A stretch of 64,000 nucleotides of DNA, taken from contig OX597827.1 in NCBI GenBank assembly GCA_951406725.2, positions 25,420,001-25,484,000 of the forward strand, written 5' to 3'. Of the stretch, positions 1-12,795 are shown piece by piece. Both the position numbers and the translations under genes were made by a program. The DNA is from Octopus vulgaris (lineage: Eukaryota). Numbering within the stretch: the first letter of the stretch is position 1; each line of letters begins with the position of its first letter. Below the pieces are notes generated by a model, which worked only from the letters and a program-made list of their open reading frames with translations, ran no database searches and was not told where the DNA came from.

Positions 1-751
1 GCTGGTGGTACGCCCTGAAAATGGCAATAAAATCGGAATCAATTAGGTTTAGCAAGGAATTAGCGATAGAACGAAATAGAGTAGAGGGAGACTTAGTTAA
101 GAAACTAGAAGAGGCACTTACCACTGGCAGCGCAACCAACGTGCTGGCTGCGAGGATGGCCCTCGACCAACACCTCAACGCCAAGCACGAAGGTTGCGTC
201 GTCAGAGCTAAAATGCGTGCCTTAAGGAACGAAGGGATTGAAGCTGCGCGAGAGGCCCGGGTGAATGTAGCAAGGATGGCACGTATGTATGACGAAGCCA
301 CCTTGAGCATAATCCTATGAACCCAGAAATTGAAAACAGAGGGTTACCCACTTGCAAACAAATGTGGTAACATATAATAATATTGACCAAGGTTGCCGTG
401 GTCTTTTTCGTAGGCTTTTCTTCCCACGGATAAACCTTACTTGCTTTCCCCTTTACACCATACATCATAACACTGTGATACACGATCCCTATTGATCGTT
501 TGTTTTCCTCTTCCCTCTTTTTTTCCCCTTTTTTCTTCTTATTTTCATTTCTCTTTTCTTTTGTTCCTTTTCCTTTTTTCTTTTTTTTGTTCTTTTTTTC
601 CCTTTTACGATCCCTTTTGATCGAAAACCTACGCCACCTTTTTTTTGTTTCTTTTGTTTTTTGTTTTTTGTTTTTTTCATCCCCCATAATAAAAGCTCTA
701 CCTTGTAACTTGTCCCATCTGTGTGCAGCCCTGTGTGGCCAATAAAGAAAC
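1..751 (+). mobile_element. L1/Tx1-like non-LTR retrotransposon remnant, internally deleted, with 3' UTR and end
   Basis: ORF 21-320 ends RVNVARMARM..EATLSIIL. This and the 3' UTR (gttgccgtggtctttttc..ccacggataaacc..gccctgtgtggccaataaagaaac) match the end of the element at 40600-40965. Followed by a simple-repeat tail. Confidence 0.65.
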
Positions 752-2018
752 TTATCTATCTCTCTCTCTATATATATATATATGTATGTATATATATATA
801 CTAAAGCCGAACATTAACATGATCGAAAGGATTTCATGAGTCCCGGGAGAAGGAAAGCAGAGATGTCGAGATCATTGACACCTACGCCTCACCTGGCTCT
901 TTGTTGAACTTATAACAAAATAAAAAAATAAAAAAATGAATGAATGAATGAAACGCTAGTAACATCACATATCCGTTTGAGGTGGCGACCATATTATAAT
1001 GATAATGAATATCTATAGACCGGAAAGAAACCTTGACGTTGGCACTAACAGTTGTAAATAAATACAATACATCAGCAACATTATACTAACAAATCATTCC
1101 ATTGGCAGGGAAGTCAAGGGGAAAGACATGGAAAGAAAGAAAGCTCGTTTTTTTTTTATATATCATATATATATTGTATACTTCATTTGTTTTTTTTTTG
1201 TTACTGAGAACGATTCAATGGTGAAAACTGTTTTTTTAAAGTTTGTATTATTTCACTATTTTATTTTGTTAATTTTCTGCACATATTTGCTTCAGAACTG
1301 CTCCAAACCAAGAATAGCAAATAGCTGCCATATTTTTGCTGTCAAAGGCGAATGGTCTCATCTCGATTCTTGAGAAATATTGCATTGTGCATGCATTTAT
1401 TTTGTTTTTATAAATGTATTGTTCAATAAAGCAACATAAAAGAAACTGTAGAATATTTCTCAAGAAAGGGGGTGGGGTGGGGGAAAGGAAACGACCATGG
1501 AACTATTTTTGTGAGCTTCATTTTCGATTTTATTTTTATATTTGAATTTGTTTGCTTTAATTTGTTTTACATTTTGGAAACTGTGTACAAATTCTCGATA
1601 TTTCCTGAAAAGAACTGCTATTAAACGGTGTATTTCTATTTTGGGCTGTTCATTCATGTCATGGCCGTTGAAGAGCCTTTTATTTTTTTTTATTCTACTC
1701 TTAACAGATGGTGGTGAATGTTTAATTTAAATTGCCCGGACAATACCAAACGCGAACTTATTATTCTATTATCTCCACCTTCACAGGGACACCAGACATG
1801 TCTGGTTGAGGTTGAAACGTTAAGAACGGTTTTGATGATTTTCTTTCGCAGACACCTTTAAGAAACCTTCTTCCATTTTCTTATTATATATAATTATTGT
1901 ACATGCACAAGTTATACAAGTGTAAAGAAATATTTAATGAGTAAAGAATGATCTGCTAATAATATGTTATGGAAATTCATTGCTTAAAAGATATTTTGAA
2001 GTAATACACACACATACA

Positions 2019-2051
<33 letters not shown>

Positions 2052-2288
2052 GAACGTGCGCGTTCTGCGTACTTTAATAAAAAGCTGTGACGAGTAAAAG
2101 CTTAAGCTCATAAGCATTCACCGTATATTGGTTATAGGAAATAATCTAATATTGGGGCATATAATCCCTCGACGGAAAAAAAGTGGATAAGTACACATGA
2201 GAATCACGAAAATAGGAGGTGGTGGTTCGATTTCCACGCGTGTCTATCCATTTTGTTTCGTTGGGGGCTTATATGCCCTAATATTAGA

Positions 2289-2328
<40 letters not shown>

Positions 2329-2714
2329 AACTGGAAGCTAATTTATTTCAATTAAACCAGTTAACATTGTTCGTGTTCCAATCTTTTCTCGCATTCCCCG
2401 TTTCTTCTTATTTACCACACGAAGCTCCTCTCCTCAAGGCCCGCTTGTTTCACTTAAATCTTCCGTCTCGGTTTAGCAGAGAATAGAAGTTCACTGTCCT
2501 AAAAGCACACACTGCATTCCTACAACATCCTGCCATTCTTTGGCAGCACCACACCTTCAAGATTGCTTCTATCCACACCACTATCACCTAACGATCCAAG
2601 TTTTAGTTATATTTTACCTAGCATTTTCTTCTGAAACAGTTACAGACTGATGTCCAGCCTTAGTAAACTTGCTTCAAGCAATATTGTAGTCCTTGGCCCT
2701 GGATCGCTGTAATA

Positions 2715-2945
2715 TTTTTTCTTTTGCTTGTTTCAGTCACTTGACTGCAGCCATACTGGAGCACCGGCTTTAGTCGAACAAATCGACCCCAGGACTTATT
2801 CTTTGTAAGCCTAGTTCTTGTTCGATCTGTCTCTTTTGCCGAGCCACTAAATTACAGGCACGTACACACCAACATCGGTTGTCAAATACAGACACACAAA
2901 TGCATACTTTACATCCACACACACACATATATATGTATATATATA
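2715..2945 (-). mobile_element. SINE family A (tRNA-derived, octopus-type), 3' half
   Basis: Matches cttgtttcagtca..ccatgctggagcacc..aaatcgaccccaggacttattctttgtaagcctag in copies at 6152, 27757 and 36833. Confidence 0.8.
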
Positions 2946-3089
2946 TGCCTACTACTGTTCGCCCTACCTCACACGCCTACACACAGACGCACACACTAAC
3001 ATATACATATATTTTTTGTTTTTTTATCTCGCCTCACACACACATACACACACGCACACGCACACACTCACACATACACACACATCTGT

Positions 3090-3388
3090 TGCGTTACCAA
3101 CCCTGTCTCCACTCTTTTGGCTTTAAAAACCTACTTTGCTCTTGTTATCGTAAACTTCCGCCTTTCACCATGTGTACTTCGTAAACACCAGTCGTTTTTT
3201 TCTCCATCTCTTGTTGCCCACTTTGGGATCTTTCTTTCCTCTCTCTTCCTTCTTTATGTTTCCGACGAAGAGCTCCGCTCGAAACGTCATACCTTCATGC
3301 TTCCATCTTTCCTGAGCGCCTATTAATAATAATACTGTAATTGTTCCACGTGTTGTTGTTTTTTCTGTTTTCCCGTTTGGATTAAAAT

Positions 3389-3390
<2 letters not shown>
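3090..3390 (+). mobile_element. Short non-autonomous PLE-type terminal repeat with hammerhead motif, ending at (TA)n
   Basis: Hammerhead at 3258-3292 followed by ttcctgagcg..taata..; similar tails at ~41880-41990, 44320-44400 and 46345-46455. Confidence 0.6.
3258..3292 (+). ncRNA. Minimal type I hammerhead ribozyme motif (CCGACGA core)
   Basis: gttt-CCGACGA-a-GAGC-tcc-GCTC-GAAAC-GTC-atac; stem I has one mismatch. Confidence 0.6.
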
Positions 3391-3483
<93 letters not shown>

Positions 3484-3643
3484 GTGTGTGCTTTGTTAAA
3501 AGATCGAAATACGAGACTAGAAAAGCAGCCAGCAACTGATGAAGGGTCATTCTTTATGTTGTTTGTTTTGTTTTCCATTTCTGTCTTTCGTTGTTCGAAA
3601 GAATAGTTCCTGCTTCGTATTTTTTTCTTGTACACGTTTCTTG

Positions 3644-3717
<74 letters not shown>

Positions 3718-3747
3718 TATAAGTATGTACATATACAGATGTATATA

Positions 3748-3781
<34 letters not shown>

Positions 3782-3789
3782 GTATATAT

Positions 3790-3953
3790 GTGACGAGCTT
3801 CTTTCAGTTTCCGTCTACCACATTCACTCACAAGGCTTTGGTCGGCCCAAGGCTATAATAGAAGATAATTGTCCAAGGTGCCACGCAGTGGAACTGAACC
3901 CGGAACCATGTGGTTGGAAAGCAAGCTTCTTAACACACTGCCACTCTTGCGCC
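3790..3953 (-). mobile_element. SINE family A, 5' half (tRNA head)
   Basis: ctttcagtttccgtctacca..caaggtgccacgcagtggaactgaacccggaaccatgtgg..; reverse strand carries A/B-box-like motifs. Confidence 0.8.
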
Positions 3954-4798
3954 CGTAAATATTTTCGGAAGAGTATAGCCGAATGTTGGTGAGGAGAGGC
4001 GAAACCACAATCCATGAAAGAGAGGTGGATAAGTTATTTATTAGGTCATGGCATATTTTGAGTGAGATTAATTCCTTGTTTGTGAGGGAAATAATATAGT
4101 TTTGTTATCAAACAGTGGATTCAATGTATAAAAATTGCCAGGAATAGGTTAATATCTTTAGAAAGGTCAATTCTATTTAGCCAGGAATAGAAATACCGAT
4201 TCTTTTGGAAAAATACCCATCAATTTCCACCTCATATATCACGTATGTCTGTACATAGATTCTAGTAAAAATATCTTGTACAGGTAATTGTATGGTAGAT
4301 ATTCATAAAAGTTATTTGGAAGAAAGCTTTTTCTGTATTCATAGCATTCATAAAGAAAAGAGATGTGTGTGGCGAAAAGTATTCATTGATAATAGAGTGA
4401 ATATATTTCAGACCGTTAGCGATGGTTACTGGGGTTCAACGTTAAATCATTGGAACGTGCAATTTATTCCGTTTTGTGATTTGCTGAATCAACCGCCTTA
4501 AAGAACGAACTAAAAGTATGTGTAAAGAAACACCACGATAAAGCTTCTATTCATACAAAAACTACGGAACAACGCTCTGTAGTTCCACGTTCACTTTCTA
4601 ATTTTTATTAGTTTATCTTTCTGTAGTTTTTCTTCAATACATTCTTTCATGTTTTCTGTTATTCCATACTTTCTCTATACTCTTCGTGAAATACATATAT
4701 CTAAACGCATGCAACAATGTATATGTATTTATATATGTAGATATATTAATATATGTAAATATTTATTCATATACAGTGTATATGTACACAGAAGCATT

Positions 4799-4833
<35 letters not shown>

Positions 4834-4905
4834 GCTTCTTGTATGTATGTTTATACTTATATATGTTTATATATGGTTTACATATATGAGCGTAGATACA
4901 CGCAA

Positions 4906-4966
<61 letters not shown>

Positions 4967-6112
4967 CAGATATATGCTTGTGTGAATGAGTGAGAGAAAG
5001 CAAGGGATAGAATTATTGAATGCTGTGAAGCAAACTGAGCATTAAATATTAAGTAACAAAAATATTGATATGTTACTTAAAAATACTTATGCAATCCTGA
5101 TATTTCGCGTAAAATGTTCCTTTCCAAAAGTGTTGAGAACAAAAGATAAATAGTCCGTTGACTCGGTTTAAGGTTGCTCTCTTCTTCTTTTTCCCAAACT
5201 GTTTCTTTCCTTCCTTCTCTCTCTCTTTCTCTCTCTCCCCATCTCTTTTTCTCTCTGGGTGCTTGTGGTGTTCAAAAACGTTTCTTGTGAAGGGATGTGG
5301 GATTTGGATTGTGACATGTTTACGAGGAAATTGCGTCAGTTATTGATATATTCAGTAACAGTAATGGACGGTGCATCTTACTCATTTCAAGCAAGTTGCT
5401 GATTGTGTTTTGTTTGTTTATTGATCAGAATAGCTCTTTTTAAACATCAAGTTATTTTTGTTACGTTCTCTGATTTGATGGTGAGGCACACGCGTCACAG
5501 AACCCCAGATCACAATCCATAGCTGCAAATACCACGTTTCTTTCCACATTGTTTTCGAATAACACAGAGAATAAAGCACGCGCGAGCACACAAACACGAG
5601 TGACATGCCATGCAAAAAGACAAATTTGTATAATCTTCACTTAGCACAATTGAAAAAGAGTATTTATCCGAAATATCAGGAATAATTAAATATTTCTATG
5701 GCAATATTTCAGCACCTCTCTTATAGTTTGTGTTTGATCTACATTGGTGTAGCCTTTTATGACAATTTGGTTTTCAACATGATTCACTAAGTGACAAGTG
5801 ACCTACACATCTCTCTCTCTCTCTCTTTCTTTCTCTCTCTCTCGATCCCTAAAATCTTGCCTGCTGAATTAGACACTGGATTTCTGTAACATAATGCAAT
5901 GTGTTCTTTGATGATCTGCTGTGGTTAAGCATCCAATAGAGAGCTCCGAAACAGCCACAATGGTGCAGTTTACTTAGGAACAAATGATATATATATATAT
6001 ATACATACCGGAGTAAACACATAAATGTGAAACAAGGTGGAAAAAAGAGTACTCAAATACCAGGGGTAGAGTAATATGCTTTATTTAAAAGCAGCAGAAA
6101 TTCAACAAAACC

Positions 6113-6148
6113 TGTTACTCGGAGTTTCACGTTCCCGTTCGTCGGACA
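6113..6148 (-). ncRNA. Minimal type I hammerhead ribozyme motif (CCGACGA core)
   Basis: Reverse strand: TGT-CCGACGA-ACG-ggaa-CGT-GAAAC-tccga-GTA-ACA; all three stems pair. Confidence 0.7.
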
Positions 6149-6151
6149 ATA

Positions 6152-6530
6152 TACTCTTTTACTCTTTTACTCTTTTACTTGTTTCAGTCATTTGACTGCG
6201 GCCATGCTGGAGCACCACCTTTTAGTACTTATTCTATCGGTCTCTTTTTGCCGAACCGCTAAGTGACGGGGACCTAAACACACCAGCATCGGTTGTCAAG
6301 CAATGCTAGGGGGACAAACACAGACACACAAACACACGCATACATATATATATATATACATATATACGACAGGTTTCTTTCAGTTTCCGTCTACCAAATC
6401 CACTCACAAGGCATTGGTCGGCCCGGGGCTATAGCAGAGGACACTTGCCCAAGATGCCACGCAGTGGGACTGAACCCGCAACCGTGTGGTTGGTTAGCAA
6501 GCTACTTACCACACAGCCACTCCTGCGCCT
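6152..6530 (-). mobile_element. SINE family A, near full-length, with internal microsatellite
   Basis: tRNA-like head ggcgcaggagtggctgtgtggtaag..ggttcagtccc on the minus strand; (ctttta)n tail. Confidence 0.85.
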
Positions 6531-6549
6531 ATATATATATATAGCTGAA

Positions 6550-7649
6550 ATGATACCAACAATTATAAAATCTACAAGAGAAAGCCTACCACAACCTCCT
6601 TGGATGTCAGAAATAAACGAAAGAAATCTGGAAAAAGAGGCACACCGAAAAAGAGAAGAGATACAGAAGACATGGAAAAAACTCCTTAACATAAGAAAAC
6701 AAAACTTCTGGAAGGCATATAAATGCGAAAAATATGCTGAAATACATTCGAAATGGATATCTTTAGCGGCACCCATACTTCCTCGGAAGTACCTAATTAA
6801 AGAAATTGCAGGAGAACCAGAGGAAGAAACTAAACTTCGATGGGACCTTAGTTTGATAAAATTCAGGACCGACATCTCCATTACCCTGTCTAAACAATCC
6901 CGCTACAAAGCCAAATACGAAGCTATCGATGATCAAATCAGAGATGAAATATCCAAACTAACGACCGGCAATATAGCAGAAAAAATGCGAGAACTATGGA
7001 TCAGAGATATCTCAAAAGAAGAAAGCAGATCAAGAAAGTTTTGGCAGCGGAAACAATTATTTCTCGACAAATATGCTACAAATTACGGTAAAGACACCAG
7101 AACTCCGAGAAATAGCATTAAAAGTGGACAACCTCACCAACGCAACATACACCAGAACACGTGGCAACATGAACACCCGTTTCACCACGAATCGAAGACG
7201 AACTACGGTAAGAACTCTTCCCATTTTGTATGCAAACACCCTAATGCACACAACATGAACAAAAAGCACAAAATAGATATTGTTTTGAACAGACCATTAG
7301 CAGTAGAAATAACAGGAGATCATTTTCAAGACCTCAACAGAGATTACCCACAAGAAACTGGACAAAAAACCGATCTAGATCTAGAAGTAAACCCAGATCA
7401 TTTCTCCAGGTGGTTAAAAACAATGCTAACAAGAAATTGAAAAGTAGCATACATAATACCAAAAACAAGACAGAAAACATAACGAAACCAAGTAAAGTAC
7501 CACAACCAAAACGCAAAATTCATCAAGCAAACATCAACAGGAATATAAATCATAACCAGAAAAAAATCCATTTTTTTACGTCAGGACAACAAACACCGGA
7601 GAAAGAAAAAATCCAAGAGGAAACATACCCCAAACAACTGAACGTATAG
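6550..7649 (+). pseudogene. PLE ORF1 (charged helical N-part, basic R/S/N-rich C-part), frameshifted
   Basis: ATG at 6550. A 4-bp deletion near 7270 relative to copy 2 splits it into the listed ORFs 6445-7440 and 7410-7649. Confidence 0.75.
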
Positions 7650-9005
7650 ATCCTAAAATAATTAATTTATCAAAAAGAGATCTTGACAATGATGAAATCC
7701 AACTTCTGTCAAAAGGACTGAAATTCACACCTACACCAACAGCCAACCACCAAGAATTAAAGGAGGATATCCAAAAATTCTGTCGAAAATTACGACTTGT
7801 AGAATTCTTCGCTAACAAAAGTAATGAGATTGATGAATCCCTAGTAAGAAATAAATCAAATTTCACCCCACCAAAAGGAAGAAATAACTACCTTGACCAA
7901 TACATTGATATCCTGTCTAAATTTCCCCTTAGACGCAATACCAATGTTAGGCCAAACATTAGCAAATCAGAGATGTCTGCATGTAAACGTATACAAAACG
8001 ATCAAACAATAATAATTAAACAAGCAGATAAAGGTGGTGCAATTGTTATTATGGATACCGAATACTATAAGGATTTGGTTGAAGACCAACTGAAGGATAC
8101 AACCTTCTATTGTGAAATACCCGCAAATATAGACCACCACATCATGAAAAAGATCAACAACCTGATTTCAACACACCACAACTCACTTACGGATAATGAA
8201 AAAGACTACATCACCAATTTTGAACCAAAACCCAGCAACTTCTACGGCTTACCAAAAATACACAAATCAAAAAACATTCAACAGGCAGTAAAAGAACAAG
8301 AAAGTGAGTACATAAAATTATTACATCCAAAAGACCTAAAACTTAGACCTATTATAGCTGGTCCAGCATGCCCTACACACCGTCTAAGCAATTTTATTGA
8401 CATTGTTTTGAAACCACTATGTACTTACATACCAAGTTTCATCAGGGATGACATCGACTTCCTGTCCCATCTTCCCAAAACAACAGAAACAAATTCAGTT
8501 TTACTAAGTTTTGATGTGGTAAGCCTCTACACCAATATTCCACACGATTTAGGAATAAAGGCGATTAAATACTGGTTAGAAAAACATAGAGAAGTGATTC
8601 CCAGCAGATTCACAGTGCCATTTATATTAGACACAGTCAAACTTATTCTAGAAAATAACACATTCTTCTTCAATGGAAAGAATTACATCCAAATTAGAGG
8701 CACGGCGATGGGAACGAGGTTTGCTCCCGTTTACGCCAACTCTGTAATGGGATACTTAGAAGAACAACTCTACCAAGAGGTGGAGGTAAACTATGGCACT
8801 GGATTTAGAAAGTATATTGAAAAGGCATGGAAGAGATACCTAGACGACTGTTTCATAATCTGGACAGAATCTCTAAATACTCTGGAAGAGTTCAATATCC
8901 TCCTGAACAACCTACACCCATCTCTCAAATTTACAAAGGAGATGAGTAGTACCAAATTACCATTCCTGGATATAATGGTAATTAAAAAAGACGTTTGCAA
9001 ACCTA

Positions 9006-9042
<37 letters not shown>

Positions 9043-9070
9043 CCCGAAGATTGCAGAATTCAATGCATGA
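7556..9070 (+). pseudogene. PLE reverse transcriptase, C-terminally truncated (no GIY-YIG)
   Basis: Frame open from 7556: IINLS..LLSKGLKFTPTP, ADKGG, FYGLPKIHK, RPII, SFDVVSLYTNIP, GTAMG, RYLDD, LPFLD. Confidence 0.9.
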
Positions 9071-9220
9071 AAGTTCAGAATGAATATTTAACATTCTACT
9101 ATTTCATTTTATTTTATTTATATTATCTTATAATATATCATTATGTTGTAAATAAAACGAGATATATGTATATATACATAAATACAAAATTGGATATATC
9201 TCTCTCTCTATATATATATC

Positions 9221-9287
<67 letters not shown>

Positions 9288-9312
9288 ATGTCTATATATA
9301 TATATATGTATG

Positions 9313-9343
<31 letters not shown>

Positions 9344-9519
9344 GTATATATACATACATACGTTACATACATACACATATGTATATATATGTATATATAC
9401 GTGCCTGTATTGTGTGTGTACAAACACACGTGATGTAAATGGTTCAAAGTACAATGAAGGCTTAAATTATAGAATTACAAATACGATATGACAGGACAAA
9501 AACTATGCAGAATAGCTCT

Positions 9520-9737
9520 TGGGAGTCGACCCATACACCGATCTTATCTCTTAATCTGTTTCAACCAGCAGACTACGGCCAATAAATCGACACCTGTACT
9601 TATTTGTTTCTTGAAGCCTGGTACTTATTATACCAGTCAAGTTTGCCGAACCGCCAAGTTACGTGGTCGTAAACATACCAGCACTAGTATTTAACACCAG
9701 TAGTCAAGCGGTGGCGGAGGACAAACTTAAACGCAAA

Positions 9738-9770
<33 letters not shown>
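9520..9770 (-). mobile_element. SINE family A, degraded 3' half
   Basis: ctgtttcaacca..aaatcgac..aagcctggtacttatt..tttgccgaaccgccaagttac..gtcaagcggtgg. Confidence 0.65.
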
Positions 9771-9772
<2 letters not shown>

Positions 9773-11232
9773 TTGCAGGGTGCCAAGTCTTTGTTTTGCC
9801 TATCTTCCTGCATGTCTTGATTTGCAAGAACACAAGATATAAAACTTTGAAAATTAATTTAGCAAAATAATTCCTTTCACTGATATGTTTGCGTTTTCCA
9901 CAAACCATAAATATCATAAAATTTTCAATAGAAATTCTATTAAAGTGACATATATTTTCGATTTATCGGCACACGCATTACTTTATTAAATATTCAACAC
10001 CCTTGACAATTATTATTTGGCATTTGAGAGAAAATACAGCCAAAGTTCAGAATTACTTCATCAAACTGCGATCGATCCCCCTCATAGCCATGCAAGTTCT
10101 AGATCAAAGAGCCACTATCAGATTTTGCTTCCTGTAAAATGATACTTCTTTAGAACAGGAAATCTAAAATTCAGGAAAAAGTTAGTCTGTTTTCATATAA
10201 ACACTCAACTAAATAACTTTTCATTATTTACCTGCTAAAATTATAACACCTTGATCAAAATGACTATGCTATGCGCCATCGATCTTAACTTTTGGTTGGA
10301 TTTTAGCACTGAATACACATACCCAGCATACACACACACACATTTTCATGCTCACAAGCATGCATAAACATACATAAACATACATATACGTACATATCCG
10401 CGCACATACATACTTATACATAGAGACCTACACACGCACACATACATAGATATACATACATGCGCACACATAGATACATACTTATACTTACACACCTACT
10501 TACGCACACATACATACACATACATTACATATACATACATACTCACATACATACTTATTCATACAGACCTACACACGCACACATGTATATACATACATAC
10601 GCATACACACATATACATACACACATACAAACATATACATACATACATACATTCGCACACGCACATATACATACATATATATAAACACATACATACATTC
10701 GCACACGCACATATACATAGATACCTACACACGCACGCATACACACTCATACACACACATCACACACACATACATACCTCCGTTATAGAGTTCTGAAATA
10801 TCGCTAAAGTTTGTTTACAATTTAATTGTATGCATATTTAATTCTATAATATATTATTTAAAACATTTTTTCCCCAAGTAAACGAAATTTTATACACGTA
10901 TTTTCATCGTGTAATTCGTTCTTTGGAACTCTGTATATTTTAGAGTTTATGGCTTTGCCCGAGTTTTTTTGAAAATATTTTTAGATATGGATATATTTAC
11001 AAATTAGTCGTATTCATGCTATTTCAACAACTTTTATGGCTCACGAACACCAAATTTTCATACATATCTTCATCATATGATTCCTCTTTAACAATTTTAT
11101 ACATTCTATAATTTATGGCAAGAAACACATTTTTTTTCATGAATATTTTTTTAATGTTTTACTTTACAAGTTAATCGTATGCATGATATATTCATTAATT
11201 TTTATGACCCACGCGGTGTTTCAATCTACACG

Positions 11233-11307
<75 letters not shown>

Positions 11308-12274
11308 GCCCTTCACTGTTGTCGCCCTTTGTACCACCGCACTATCTCTCTCTCTCTCTTTTCATGGCATTCTCTTCAAATGAGGTGTTTATGTATCAGT
11401 AGCCTTTTAACTTTTGCTATTGCTTCAAATATTTCTTGCTTCAGTGCGCGTGTGCGCGAGCGTACACTCACATATTCACGCAGTTTTCGTTTTTATGGTT
11501 CTATTCAAAACTGTCGTCTGCAGATCGAATTAACGAATTACGGAGTATTAAGCTTCCTGTAAATATGCTCTTCTGAATTGAATGTTGTATCTTTTCATAT
11601 TTACAATGTGAACACACACACACGCGCGCGCTCACAGGGAAGTCCATGTGTGCCACTGGTACCTTACAAACCTGTACTACATCTCGAACAATCTGGCAGC
11701 CGACCACTCATCCGATAAAACACATTCGGAATATTGTCATATAGATTTTGGAGGCTAGAGTCTGCAAGAGCAAAAGAAAACAAAATTGGTCAAAGAACGC
11801 AGTGCACTTTGAACCAATAGCCATGAGTTTTCAAAGAATTATTTCTTGCAGCATCCGGTGTCTCTCTGTTCTACTGTATAACTAACAGGGGTGGATCAAA
11901 CCTGTCTTCTTAATTTGTATTGGGGGGGGGGTCATGTTTCTCAGTTATGTCTAGTCTTTTCTATTTTCTGTTATCCCGACAATGATTTCTCGAAAGTTGA
12001 GTAAAATCTTTTCACGCAACATTTTCTTCTTCCAGAAGAAGGACTTTGTTTATTTTTCTGAGCAATCAACAAGATTTAAGTTGTTTCATTCAACTGAAAT
12101 GGCTGCTGTGCTAAACATATTGGTTTCTATCTTCAAGATCATTATAAGTTGCGATTCGAACAACGAACTACAAAGAGACAACAACTCTTGTTGCGGCGGT
12201 CGGGTTATCAGGCGCATCTGTGATTTATGTAGTTTTATTGCGCGAATCATGCAACTAAACGCTAGCTTTATTTC

Positions 12275-12795
12275 AGTTAAGGTGGCGAGCTAGCAGAATC
12301 GTTAGCACGCCGGGCGAAATGCTTTGTGGTGTTTCGTTCGCCGTTATGTTCTGAGTTCAAATTCCGCCGAGGTCACTTTGCCTTTCATATTTTCAGAGTC
12401 GATTAAATAAGTACCAGTTACGCACTGGGGTCGATGTAATCGACGTAATCTCTTTGTCCTTGTTTGTCCTCTTTGTGTTTAGCCCCTTGTGGGTAGTAAA
12501 GAAATAGGTATTTCGTCCGCTGCTGCGTTCTGAGTTCAAATTCCACGGAGGTCGACTTTGCCTTTCATCCTTTCAGGGTCGTTAAAATTAAGTACCAGTT
12601 ACACACTGGAGTCGATGTAATCAACTTAATCCTTTTGTGTATCCTTGTTTGTCCCCTCTATGTTTAGCCCCTTGTGGGGTAAAAGAAATAAGAATCTTTA
12701 ACGCGCCGGTCAAAATGCTTAACAACCTTCACTCCGTGCTCATGGTCTGAGTTCAAATTTCACCGAGGTCGACTTTGTCTTCCTTTCTTTCGGGG
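12275..12795 (+). mobile_element. SINE family B, tandem of three units
   Basis: Three repeats of ctgagttcaaatt..gaggtc(ga)ctttg(c)c(t)ttcatcc.. The first two units end in gccccttgtggg..aaagaaata. The central block resembles the MetaSINE domain (from recall). Confidence 0.8.

Larger units (their letters stand above)
6543..9165 (+). mobile_element. Penelope-like element (Naiad-like) copy 1, internally deleted
   Basis: Near-identical to 47580-51403 (reverse complement). RT is cut after ..MVIKKD (~8992) and joined to 3' UTR pieces (gtttgcaaacctagca; gaacccgaagattgcag..). Bounded by TA-rich microsatellite. Confidence 0.92.

Noticed and set aside
208-745. K-rich and F-rich ORFs
   Set aside because: They arise from the T-rich LINE 3' UTR.
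3535-3605. CTGATGA followed later by GAAA
   Set aside because: Could not build convincing stems I-III.
12275-12795. CRISPR-like or satellite array
   Set aside because: The units are tandem SINE copies in eukaryotic DNA, with no repeat-spacer structure or cas genes.
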